A stretch of 63,203 nucleotides of DNA, the filler included, from Lenisia limosa (Eukaryota > Protista > Breviatea), in NCBI GenBank assembly GCA_001655205.1. It is 10 parts of 10 records of this genome, joined end to end, with 100 filler letters (N's around TTAATTAATTAA, not from the genome) between each part and the next. Parts side by side here need not be neighbours in the genome. Positions count along the whole stretch, not along the records: positions 17,346 to 29,240 come from LPNZ01005814.1; positions 29,341 to 45,350 come from LPNZ01007407.1; 8 more parts are not named here. One strand, given 5' to 3'. This document shows, one piece after another, positions 24,646 to 37,039 of this stretch. The notes under the pieces were generated by a model. The model was given only the letters and a program-made list of their open reading frames with translations, had not been told where the DNA came from and made no database searches. The position numbers were made by a program, and so were the translations under genes. Each line of letters starts with the position of its first letter. Position 1 is the first letter of the stretch.

Positions 24646-25450
24646 AGGTGGTAGTTTCATGTAGGGTATCTCATTACATACGCTTTACCTCCATTATTCA
24701 TTCCCAGAAATCGACAGATGAGCCAGTTTAATGAATAATGGATGTATCAACTTTTCAAGAGTTTACCTGGTCGGGGTTGAAGAGCATCAAAATCAAGGAG
24801 CACGAAAAGGCTTGAAACATGATAAGGAAGATCCGCAAATGCTTGACGGGGGACACTTTAGAGTGCAATACTGTAAATTGAAACCGCTCAGAGACTTACA
24901 GGGGAGGAGAGAGGCTTGAGAAACCGTTGAGAAAAGAAAAAAACCACAAGTCGCTTCTGAACACTCTCAGATTCTCTATTATATGCTTCTACTGGCTAAT
25001 CACCGGATTAAAATAGATAAGAGGAAATCTCAAGTTGTTCAGAGAGCATTTAAGGTTGGCGCCAGCGCGCCAATTCCTTTGCTCAGAGAATTCTCAATTT
25101 TGTTCCTCTTTTTCTAGTTTTGTATGATGATGAGAGAAGCATGTTTAAGAGCATAAGAGTATTCAGGAAGTGATTAGTGTTTTCTTTGTCTTTTTTCGTT
25201 GGGTAACTAGTGTCTCTTACCCCTCGCCTTTCTCAGCAGTTTTATGGTACAGATTAACACTTTAGTCATTCCCGACAAGTGTTTGCTGTTATTATCACCC
25301 TGCCCCATGTCTTTCGTAATCCTTGATATTGATGTTCTTAAACCTCTTGGAAGGTTGACACGTTTTTTACCATTTAATTGGCTCATCTGTTGATTTCTGT
25401 GAACGAATATAATTGGAAGTGAGTGGTCACATGTCAAATCATGTTCAATC
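24646..25450. mobile_element. Second copy of the ~800-bp foldback family
   Basis: Starts TTAA|AGGTGGTAG. Both arms align with 17816-18610 (CAAGAGTTTACCT, ATCAAGGA, CCCGACAAGTGTTTGCT, GGAAGTGAGTGGTC). Confidence 0.65.
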
Positions 25451-25612
25451 CCCCAAAAAATGGCCTGACCGCCTTAAACACTAAAAGGTGAAAAAAAGGG
25501 AAACCAAAAACACCTCCCTAAGTCGGGAAAATGGGCTTTTAAATGTTTCAACACGAACTTGGAGGTTAAAATGTTGGGGTGGTCAGGTCATCTTCTTTGT
25601 ATCTGCTATTAA

Positions 25613-26790
25613 TATATGCTCGAGGTCCTAAACTATGTCGTTAATTCGAATTATTGTCGTTAATTCAATTTTCTGTGACTGTCTCTTTCTCATGTTACGG
25701 TCAACTTCACAACAATTTAACTCGTAAAAAAGGACATATGACGCAAAATTGGTCTTATTTTCTGAAAAGTGTGTCAATTTATTGGGATTTGAATAATATA
25801 TCGATATCGATATTGTGTTCTTTTTTTGCACAAAATTTTTGATGTTTTTAACGAAATAAAAATAATGAGCATTTGTAATACGATTAGGCTTTAAATAGGC
25901 AACAACAGGGTTGGGATGAACAACTTTTTGCTCATGAAAACCAAAATATTCAGTAGCCAAATACCGATACAGTACCATGCGTTTCTCCTTGCAGTGGGCT
26001 CCAGACCCCAGATCTTCCAAGTTCTGGCTCGTCCTAAAAATATTACCACGGCGGAGATTGTAAAACAACAGTTAGAATGTTAGTTTTGAATGATTCAAAA
26101 ATTTGTTCTGAAAACAAGAATAGAAAAAGAGGGATCACTCAAATATAAGACATAGTGCCCAGGGGATCAGCGAGCCAATATCATTAAAGCGGGTCAAAAG
26201 CAAAAAGTCTTTTTTGGATTCTCGATATTTGCAATTCCAGCATTTTTTTCAGAAGAACAGAGACATACTATTTTTGGATATTAGTGTTCTTTGTTTGTGG
26301 GTCATTTTCTGCAGCCATACAGCGGGCTTTTGACAAAGCCGGCTGGAAATGTAGTGAAAAAATGCAATAGATTGTATAAACGTATACAGTTAAAAACAAA
26401 AAAAAAAAAAAAGCATGGAATAGTTAAAATAGAAGTGAAATACGAACCTCAGACCCATCACACTCGTCTTGTAAACCGATGCAACTTCTTTCACAATATC
26501 CTTGTCATAGCTCCGGGAGCCATGCCGAAGACACAACTCTTGCTTCATTGTCTTCAGCACCTTCAACTTCTCCAAAAAAAAAAGTGACTATTGGAGCAAT
26601 GTCAAATAATGCAATTTTGGCACTCTTCATTATTCTCCCCCCCCCCCTCAACCCTGACCTTAGACCATCAAGACACGAGACAGCCGTTTTTTGGGTATCT
26701 TGATTGCCTGGACCTCAACCTCCAATTTGCAGTTCCAAACCTTGAAAAGTATACAAACTCGTGCTAGTGCAGGATGACAATTTTGAGGAT
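25613..26790 (-). mobile_element. Longer TATA|TGCT-family copy (right end not found) followed by a spliced minus-strand ORF resembling the P2X7-ballast/KolX-type domain
   Basis: The first ~105 bp are nearly identical to 23607-23720. Spliced exons read ...KTSVMGLR|TSQNLEDLGSGAHCKEKRMVLYRYLATEYFGFHEQKVVHPNPVVAYLK, similar to the R-x3-YR-x5-YG-x6-P-x-(C)VV pattern. Confidence 0.5.
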
Positions 26791-28439
26791 GCTTAGAAAG
26801 TATGATCATTGATTGTAATTGATATATCGATATGGCTTTCTTGATTTTTTTGGATTCTTGGGTTGGTGTTACGGGTTTTTAACCCTATATACAGTCGTCC
26901 AGTATGAACTGCAATCCTGGCTATCAATATCATATATATACTTAAGCATACTGTACTAATACGGCGAAATACTAATGCTCTTCTGCTTGTCATGTGACAT
27001 TTATCCTGAATAGTGTCACCAGAACACAGTTTCTTGCTTCCATTAATGCTATTGGCGTTTGGCCAACCGTCTAATTGTGTCTCATGATTCCGTTCTACTC
27101 ACTTTGATGTAGTTCTCTCAGAGGAAACAAAATTTTAAAATACCTCCTCCTCATCAGTTTAGGTTCTCATACAGTCATGTCAGGCAGTTTGCCACTTAAT
27201 GAGGAAGGATTATTTTCTAACGGATCAATTTCTTGATACCTCGGTTAGTAACTGTTTAATAGTTCTCTTAAGAAGTTCAAATCGCGCAGTTGTCTTTAAT
27301 GCAACAAAATTATTAACACATTCCTTTTTTTCAAAAATCATTTCTGAAAGTGCTCTATTATCAGGTTTTTCTTTTCTTATGTAACATTTGATGTCATTGA
27401 TACTTTGTTATATTTACTGTTGCAAAATTCTGGAGGCTATTGCCGTATTTGTGTATCTGCCTTGTCTTTTCTAATTGATTCTAAAAAGTATGTATTTGAC
27501 TATTTTCGATTTCAACCATCCATTTCTAATTTAACATCATAATGTGTTTAAAAGATTTCAATTGTAAATCACCCTACTAGTAAATGGAAATGTTAAGTAT
27601 AATTCTGTATTAGGTTGTTAAAAACCGCGAGGATGGAAAATTGTATACTACATGCTACAATTATGTAAAAAATCTTCAAAACAAATAATCGACATCTTTT
27701 ACCACATTGTTGTCACTATCAAAAACCATGGAAGATACACTTTATGAACAATCTCCCATTCCATATTCCCAAATATTTTTTCGTTTTGGGTTCTTTTTTT
27801 CTCTCGAAAAATAATATTTTGCGCTCAAGTTTAATTGTGAAAAGCATCAAACATCTTTTGGGAACAAAAGATATGGGGTGATGACACTCAAAGGAGGGTG
27901 AACTTAAAGTTATGCACCCCCCCCCCCCTGCCTCTTTCATCAGAGTACGTACTTATTTTACATCATAGTACGAACGTATGTTTGCCACTATTATACATGT
28001 TATTAAACAATATCATGAAGTACAGTGAAAATACTGATAATAATAACAGTATTTTTTAATGGAATTTTGATAATAATCATAGTATACATAACGGATAAGT
28101 AGTGGAATAAAGTTTTTTTTTCGTTTCAGAGTCTAATTCCATCATTTTTTTAAATAAAAACGTCATTGTATAGCTGATATTCCTCGTTTTTAGGATTTTC
28201 GCCTTATGACTTATAGTAGGAAATTAAAAATCCGTATTTTTGTCGGGTACTAAAAACACACGTTTTTTTACTTTCTTTTAGCCTGTTCCAACTGCACTTT
28301 GCCAAAAATAGTTTTGTTTTTTGAAAAAAAAAGTTGTAGATTTGATTGAACAATATTGTTTTTAAGTTTTCATCCCTTTTAATAATTGTAAGATAGATAG
28401 CAATACAAAATTGTTGTTAAAAGGCCGTGTTATACAGCT

Positions 28440-29240
28440 TTACTCTGATGGATTGTCCAATATCGGGATACATCGTGCCTCTGGTGCTGTTTACGAACAA
28501 TTAATGACGATAACTGGCTCGTAGCTTCTTCCCTGTAACTCTCCCCTTCCTCAAGAACCCACTAAACTGGGATAATTCTGCGACTGGAGGGCTTTCACGT
28601 TCGATCTAAGATGATAGAAATTGCTTGAGGAAGGCATTGAGGCGTGTTTTCACTTCGTTTATCATGGAAAGCGGCCTCACTTGACAGTCCTCCCCTTCCT
28701 TTACTCCATCATTCCTGTTCAAGAATCATGATGGCATACTTTCTCTTGTTGGATGTCTGGTTCGAAATGAACACTATCAATTTGTCAAAGATTCAAAGTA
28801 ATCTTAGTTTTCTTTGATTGGAAGAACAAGACTGCCAACATGAAGCCAATGATTCAAAAAAGACTCGTGTTTCAGGTACGATTGATGAATTTCATTGAGT
28901 CTTGAACGTATATCAATAATGTTATTAATCACTACAGTTAGAAGTTTCAGATATTACACTGGGTCATGCGAAAGCCAAGTCTATTCTTTTATTGATACTC
29001 GAAAGTTTGAGCTGCTAGAGTTTTGTACTACTTCAAATAACAATCCTTTATCACGAATTTCTTTCATTGAGGGATAATGTCTCAATATGCTCTTCAAAGG
29101 ATGGGTGTTTTTTTTGTATACGCTCATTTTCGGTACAGACGACGACAATTCAGTCATTTTTGAACCGAAAGTGGAGATCAAGTATATTGTGGGATATGGT
29201 GCGCTGGAGACGCAACTGGCCTTTTTTTTTGCTGTTGTTA
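28440..29240 (+). pseudogene. Decayed coding sequence of unknown family
   Basis: Protein-like frames (RYYTGSCESQVYSFIDTRKFELLEFC...; VIFEPKVEIKYIVGYGALET) interrupted by stops. Confidence 0.3.
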
Positions 29241-29340
29241 NNNNNNNNNNNNNNNNNNNNNNNNNNNNNNNNNNNNNNNNNNNNTTAATTAATTAANNNN
29301 NNNNNNNNNNNNNNNNNNNNNNNNNNNNNNNNNNNNNNNN

Positions 29341-32300
29341 AGCCCATACCCCCACACATTGACTTGCGAAGTTATGCAATGTTGAATGCTGAATGACGCT
29401 CGACTGCAGTACCGCATCCGAGGGGTGGTAAACCAAAGGGTGTAATACTATCCACCAAATTCCTGCACCAAAGAGTGAACATACCTATATTTATACATAT
29501 CATATCATTATAACACCTATACATGAAGAAACAAACATCATACCTACACCATACCTAGCCATCAAACTCGTGTTGAACAACAGTCCAAATATTCAAATGG
29601 TCGTTCAAGGGGGAGAATTGAAGACTCTTTTCGTTTTTAAGAATTTCATAAGTCTTCTCACATGTAGACACCTGCCAGGTTAGATCTTTGTGATCATATC
29701 AAAGGAAAAGCAAAAATTAAAGGATAGTCAAAGGAAAATAATAAAAAAAATCAAAGAATCACCAAAGGGAAAAAAAAAAAAGCTCATTATCGCTCACTTG
29801 CAAAGGTGGCGAAACTTGCTCCACTCTTTCGGCCTCGAGCAGACAAGAGCCCCACATGAGGTACCTTGGTTGGGCGACGGAGGGGACGGCTGCAACACAT
29901 TCCCCAGTCGCGATACCTGAAACGTCAACAGCTGAATGAAAAAAGCCCACAGTACAAAACTCCAGGATAGCAAAGTAGTTTATGATATCTAACCTATTCG
30001 AACTGGAGCGAAAATGGTATCCGACTGAGCCAACTGAAGCGATGAATTTACGTATGCATTACATTAAGGGGTCCCCTACGGTCCCAAAAAGACTGAATAT
30101 CTCGATAAATCCTCGATATATCGATATTTAAATGGTCTTTTTCGGACTGTAGGGAAGCCCTAATTGTATTACAAGTAGGGCTTCACTACGGTATAAAAGA
30201 TCAATAAACTATCAATATCAATGATTAATCGAGAGATTCGATCATATTCTGAATCGGGGTGACGCCTTGGCTGCAAGCAACAATATGACGTTGAGTTGCA
30301 GGCCACCCCGCACCTGCTGCAGCCCAACAGTGTAGAGACAAATGGCATGCCCCAGGTTGACAAGAGTCTTGGCAGGGGTGTTGGAGGTCATTGGGATACC
30401 CGCAATTGCCTAGGCGGTTAAGGACTAATAAAATAGGTACAAAACACCTGCATTTTCACAGGGTCGAAAAAAAGCAAGAGTATGAATCAGCCTTCAGCCC
30501 CCGTACCACCCATGCATCTCCTATGGTGTAAGCCTTATACGTCCCCATTGAAATAGCCAGAGAGTCGCAGCGCGAAAACAACATATTCAAATACTGGAAC
30601 ATGACCTGGTGCGTTAATCGGAAGGCCAAAATATAGGTAAAGAGGTCAAATGTATACCTGCGGTGCAGTACTGGCGGAGAGCAGGGTAAAGTTCACGATA
30701 TCGAGTTGGAGAACAGTCACTTCAGAGAAGTTTTCAATATAATGCACTGTTTTGTTGGTGGAACGAAGAACCTGCAATGTCACTCTCTTTAGAAGAATTA
30801 GAAACAAGCAAAACAATTTTTGGAGAACGATCACCCCAATTACAATATTAGCCACAAAGGACCAACCTTTGAAACAACATGCTGGGGAAGCATCAGATGA
30901 AGGAACTCCTGCGCTCTCAGTTTCGTTTCCTCTGACGCCGACTGTAATGTTAGAACACAATCACACGGGTAAGTCCTGCCCGATTTCATATGTGATATCC
31001 CAAGAAAAATTGGTCAAGACTTATCACGATCACTGGCCTACGTAAGTCAGGAAGGTGACCATTTCAGTGTGTTGTCGACTGTACGCAAGTGTGACACCAG
31101 TAGCAAGAACCCAGAGGGCAAAGAGCAACTAAGCGGTGAGAAAGACAGAGTACGCACGTGGATGAATTGAAGCTTCAGGCTGGCACCTCCGATGGTTGCA
31201 ACTGCAAGGAACTTCACAATACCAATAAGGGCAAAGGGAATACTGCAGGGTTAGGAAGAAAACGTACAGAATTCAGAGTATTCCATTGCTTTGAATCGAG
31301 ACAAACCTAAACTGGAGAGGTATCCTTGTTGCAATGAACATGAATAGCATGCTGAAGAAGAATGACGGAGATGGCACATCAGACACGGCGTAGTCTGAGG
31401 GGATGGGACCTGTCGTGAGAACCACAACAAGGAACAAGAAACGAAAAGCTGCCACACGGTTCCTGGGGGGGGGGGGAGNNNNNNNNNNNNNNNNNNNNNN
31501 NNNNNNNNNNNNNNNNNNNNNNNNNNNNNNNNNNNNNNNNNNNNNNNNNNNNNNNNNNNNNNNNNNNNNNNNNNNNNNNNNNNNNNNNNNNNNNNNNNNN
31601 NNNNNNNNNNNNNNNNNNNNNNNNNNAAAGTTGCAATTGAGGCCAATAGTTGAGTAACTAAAAAAAACATTCGAGTCTACATGGGTGAGCTAGGACTGCA
31701 ACAAAGATGTTACAAACCATTGATCTGTCAAATGATGAAGGCCGAAACTGAAATGACACTATTATTGCAAAAACCTAGGGGGATGTCAGAATGCATGCAG
31801 GAAGACATTTTCTTAAATCACGAAGATCTAGACCTGTAACATCTGTGGTAAGATCCCACAACTCCCACTGTAAGAACGCTCAGAGCGGCAGCTGTAAGAG
31901 TATCTTGCTTCTGTGATAGTAAACAGGGGTGACGCGAAAAAGAGAGAACAAACCTTGGATTTCGATGAAAATTTGTAAGTAAACCTTTTATTGAAATCTT
32001 TTGAGTAGTCGTTTAGCACTTCAACCTGAAATGGATAACAACTAGCAAAAGCAGTTAAACGGAAATCTACCTTGTTTAGAACAGAAAACAGGTAGCCTTC
32101 TTACATGCAAGGCATCTTCATGGTTCTCGTAGGGGGATATCTTTCGATTCGCACGGGATGTACTAAATAATCAAGTCCATGGTATTTCATCAGGTCTAAG
32201 AAACACATGAGAAAACAAGAGGAGTGTTTAACATCATAATAATATTACAAACCTTTGAGGAGTGGACAACTCTGAGGAAATTGAGGGTTTAATAAGGAAC

Positions 32301-35300
32301 CGTGAAGACTGTCTACTGCTGCAAATATTAGAAAATAAGTTGATCATTGTGTAGTACTAATATTTCATGTAGTATCACTATCGTACATATCTCTTACTTT
32401 AATAACATATCAAATATCACAGCGAGTTCCAAATGGTTACATTACGAGATGAGTGGTTTTGAATATCCAAGCAGTAAATGTAGCGCTTACCTTCGAGGGC
32501 GTAATGAGTGCGAAGATACTGGTCGCGAATTCGCCGAAATTGGAGGGCTGCAGAGTGAACATCCTTCAACAAGTCAACTGTTGATGCTTCCTATTATGCA
32601 CATTAGCCAACCTTTCAAGTGGACGCGTTCCAACGGTCACAGACTGGTCAATTTTGAACTTCAAGCCAAGTAAACCTGTCATGGTTAAGAGATAAATAGC
32701 CAAGTAAACCTGTCATGGTTAAGAGATAAACTCTGGGCAAGAATTAGTTCCCCCTTACCCCAATAGTTCCACGAGATTTTCAATCCTGAGAGGGCTTCCA
32801 TTGTGTTACTTTGCGATCCTCTAAACAGTAAGCGTTCACCTCAAACGGTAATGTACAAAACTTTAAAAATATCGGCGAAACATATCGCTATTTATTGCCG
32901 ATAGGATATTTAGTAACTCTTTCCTTTTCAGAACTATTGGGAAGCCTTAGATGGCGTAGTCTCCTGTTTCTATTGTTTTCTGTTTTGTGTATTTTCTTGT
33001 TCAGTAAACCCTGGATCTTTAAGACCCGATAGTAACCATCTTGTTAAGCGTACAAAGGCTTAGCGTATTGCTGTCGAATGCCTCCTTCGAAGAAACTGGT
33101 TTCTAAAAGGTTACGAAAGATGCCCGAGAAGCACCAACCAGAATGGTGTTCAGACAACGCTGTCATGGCCGAAATAGATCGAGAAAGCGTCTGCAAAGTC
33201 AGACAGAGAGCAAAAGAACCGCAATTATCATAGCCAAAAGACAGCGCAAAAGAACCAAAATTATCAAGGCCAAAAGACAGCGCAAAAGAACTAAAATTAT
33301 CATAGCCAATACAACCGAAACCAACATCAACTCCAATTGAAGTGTCCTTTTTGATGGCGTCAATATCAGGGTTGCTGGGGACGCGCGGTATATCCTCGCA
33401 TGGTGTAAAAGTCGATCCACTTTCAATAGCTACTAAGGTTAACTTGGCAAACATTCTCTGCTGCAACAGATTGAAATTGGCAATATGTTCAAAGGAAGAG
33501 GTATTTCTTTTTTGCACTGCCACTTACTGTCATCAGAGGCCCATGTGAAGCCTTCATGCGCCTTAGTCACAACATGCTCTAACTCAGTCGCAATGGTACA
33601 ATCGTCCAGTTGAATCTAAAATCAGAGTTAAAAGCAGAACCTCTAGGAAAGACGAGTTAGGATGACCCCGGTCACCTTGTGGGCTGGAAGCCCTGAGAAG
33701 CCTTTGGCAGCCACAATATCCTCTGGGAAAATGGTCCATCCTTCAACAAGTGCCACAGCTGAATGCGTAAACTTACACAAATACATGTTAGTCACGAGCG
33801 CAACAGCCCCCCTCTTCTCCCAGGAGCGTGGGCGCGAAAGTATGGTAATTTGTTTACGGTATCCCTATGTATTAATTTGTTTCCGTAGATTTCTAATGTT
33901 TTTTTTACGCTTCAAAAAGCCATCTCACGGGATGTGGCCGTTTTGATTGAGCTTTGGCTGATTGCAGTATCTACAAAAATCAGAATCATGGATTTAGCCC
34001 TAAAAGATGGTTTGAAAGGTGTCGGCCATATACAGCCAGTATACAGCCTTGTTTTATTTCTCATCTCCAAAAATATCATATCATGGATTTAGCGTTATTT
34101 ATGTAACAAGTCCTACCGAGAGGCTTAACCGAGCCCTGGAGTAGAAGGTGCCCCAGGGCCTGGGCCGAGACCATGATTGGTGCGTTTCTAGATGCGGATA
34201 CTGAGGCGAGTCGCGCTGCCGCGTTGACCGTAGAGCCAACCTAAATAAAATGACAATTGATAGTGTCAAATGGCAATAACTCAGGGTAAAGAGGTGATGC
34301 GAATATGGAAGTGCTCTCTTTTTTCATAATCTGAGACCAAAAAAAAAAAGCGTAACAGGCCCCCACAATAGACCAATGCAGCGACGTTGACCCTAAGACA
34401 CCAGTCACAACAGGACCCGTTGCCACGCCTGAATGATTAATGAGGGCCTAATTCATGCATTTCTTCGTAAGCTTGACAGTCCCACCTATTCTAACATCCA
34501 AGCCCTCGACGGCTGATGCCACTCGTGCCAACGAAACAGCTAACTGCAACGTCAAAGCAATGTCAGATTACAGGCAGTGAAGCCAGCAATTTTTTTGTGT
34601 TTGGAGAATTGGAATTTTGAAAAAACCCCATGCATACTAGTGTCATAAATGCGCATACTAGTATCATTAATGCGCATACTAGTATCATAAATGCCCATAC
34701 TAGTGCCCATACTAGTATCATAAATGCCCATACTAGTCATAAATGCCCATACTAGTATCATAAATGCCCATACTAGTATCATAAATGCCCATACTAGTAT
34801 CATAAATGCCCATAAATACCCCAAAAAGGTCAAACCTCAATAGCATCTTTCCCTGGCCCTGACTTTCTCTGCGACACACCGCTTGCTGCCAAATAGGTCC
34901 GACCAACTTGTTCAATAGTTTGGCTGGGAGGGGGGGCGGCGGTAAATTGGAAAAATCACCAGGTTTAATGATTGGAGTGAAGTCAAACTTAGCCCACCAA
35001 TGGTGATGTTCCACCAGAGAGTCAAAAGCTTGAGTAACAGGGGAAAAGGACTGGACAAACTAAGGGATTAGAAAAAGTTCTACTGTTATTCATTCCCGAA
35101 GAGAAACAGTCCAAACAATCCAAGCTGAACTGTCCCAAACCCACATCAATCATTGCATGCGATCCCTTCATGTCAAATGAAACCTGAAATTTTAGAAGAG
35201 TCAAGTCAACCAAAAGTATACTGTGAAAAGCAAACATTAATGAAGATCAGGGCAGTCAGATTGTGCTTCTCCACAGTGTACGATTGACCTGAGTTCTGCA

Positions 35301-36972
35301 TTATATCCGCAATGTGTGGCGGGNNNNNNNNNNNNNNNNNNNNNNNNNNNNNNNNNNNNNNNNNNNNNNNNNNNNNNNNNNNNNNNNNNNNNNNNNNNNN
35401 CATCACAATAAATGCCTACTCATTCTTTCGATATCTTGGTACATTTTTAGTCTTGCAACAACTCCAAGATCCCTGCTCCTTTTCTACATAATTGAGCTCA
35501 AAAAAGGCTAATGTGTGGATTCACACGCATTCATTGTAGATCTCTTTACGAAGACTCACTTCATTGTTTAAGATTGACGTTGACAGCACTAACGTTATGA
35601 TGAAGAGGAACAGAGCAGGTGGAATTAACTCCAATCCATTGCTGACTGTGAGTGTAACCTAAATGGTTCACCAACAGTAAAAAATCGGTTACTAATCATT
35701 AGGCCTGGGTTGGACCAGACTAATTCGAACAATCAGTGAAATCGGTCATGGTATACATACATCTTCATCAATCAACATCCAGTAATTCAACCCAAAAAAT
35801 ATAGCCACTAAATTGTCCTCTGACAAATTTACGAACGAAAGTAGTCAAACAACTTCTATTTCTGGTCAGAGCCAAGTTACTACCCCCCTCCCTCCCACCT
35901 GGAAAGAAAGCATTACAGCAGCCCCAACCGGCAAGGAAGCCAAAGCCCACCATGATTGTGAAGCTGAAAAATTAACGCGTTTTGTCTGGAAATGAAATAT
36001 TTATGTCAGAAATCAATTAGCTCACAAAATATGAGACAAGTCAGAAGCACAGCACCGTACGGAAGGAAAAGTAATCCTTTAAAAACTGGAGCAATCGCAA
36101 TGCCGACTCCCACTGTCATTGCCATCAGCAGGGCTGTTGATGTCAACATTTATCCAGGATATAAGCTTGTATCCTGAAAAGGCTCCCAAGGACGTAGAAG
36201 AGTGTTGTCAAGAAGGTAATGAGCCGGGAAATGTCTTCACATCTAAATAGTGGCAATTTTTCGGATTTATCTTGCGGACCACTCGGGAAAACTTTAAAGA
36301 AAAAAGGTAACGTCCATCCAGCCTACTTAGAAAAAAGAAGAAGGTCCTGCGGAACACAGTCCAATAGCGGACCAACAATCTGTCAAGAAGCTGGAAAAGT
36401 TACTCTAGACTCCAAAGGTGATGTGGAAGAGTCTACCCTGCCAAACCCAACCTGTACATTTTCTTTCACATGTGGGGAAAGAGTCTTTGCGAATCGGAAC
36501 TTTCTATAATGCGGAAGGGTTCGAGCAATCAGAAGGATGGACGAAAGGCAACCAATGATGTGGACAGCAGCAGAGCTAAGAAGGGTCAAATAAGCGGGAT
36601 ATTTCATAATAAATGATTATTTAAACAGCAAGGATGGTAGGGTGGGGTTTGAGGGAAGCTTACAAGGCAGAGTACTCAAAGAAAAAGCTTGATCCCAAGA
36701 CAAGATGAATCGGCAAGATGACACACCCGACTGAGAGCAAATGAAAATATGCTGACACTGCATTTTCAAGGGCTGACAGTCGCTTAATGTTCTCAGACAC
36801 TGACATTTTGGATAAGTAAACAACTGTCTCAGTGAACGGTTCTTCATTTCTTATATTCTTTTGAATCTGTGTTTCCACATCTTTCTTTATACGCAGTTTT
36901 TGGTTTGGTGTGGTTTCAGTGGTTTTTCAAAATTTATAAACTATTTGGCTCGGAAGCAGGAGCGGCTTTCAT
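29341..36972 (-). CDS. Membrane-bound class III nucleotide cyclase (probable guanylyl cyclase), TM-cyclase-TM-cyclase, >20 exons, 3' partial
   Basis: Domain 1 (35320-34130): QTIEQVGRTYLAASG...LDVRIGVATGPVVTGVLGSTSLHWSIVGSTVNAAARLAS. Domain 2 (30950-29790): EFLHLMLPQHV, EVTVLQLDIVNFTLLS, YLNMLFSRCDSL..YKAYTIGDAWVAIAGIP, VRIGIATGECVAA..PRYLMWGSCLLEAER. Hydrophobic TM exons precede each domain. The start ATG at 36972 is tentative. Confidence 0.88.
30068..30160. mobile_element. Family D MITE copy with intact 3-bp TAA target-site duplication
   Basis: TAA|GGGGTCCCCTACGG...CTGTAGGGAAGCCC|TAA. GGG termini with a TAA TSD are typical of PIF/Harbinger MITEs. Confidence 0.75.
33210..33310. repeat. 36-bp tandem repeat (~2.8 copies) in the cyclase inter-domain region
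   Basis: Variants of GCAAAAGAACCAAAATTATCATAGCCAAAAGACAGC. The minus frame gives GYDNFSSFALSF / GLDNFGSFALSF / GYDNCGSFALCL. Confidence 0.85.
34630..34813. repeat. 21-bp intronic minisatellite (~8-9 units, with partial units)
   Basis: Unit ATGCCCATACTAGTATCATAA. Confidence 0.92.
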
Positions 36973-37039
36973 TGCTGTGTATAGCTGGTGTGTGTGTGGA
37001 TCTGGTGTAGATATATATTGAGAGGTAGGTCGGCTTAGA

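Noticed and set aside
17346-29240. Endogenous giant virus, Polinton or Fanzor/TnpB locus
   Set aside because: I could not recognise any capsid, protein-primed polymerase, packaging ATPase, RuvC or Zn-ribbon motifs. This is not excluded without profile searches.
30495-30530. Apparent frameshift in the cyclase at TIGDA
   Set aside because: Rereading gives GAT GCA TGG GTG|GTACGG...CCTAG|GCA ATT GCG, an in-frame intron (TIGDAWVAIAGIP). The gene is intact here.
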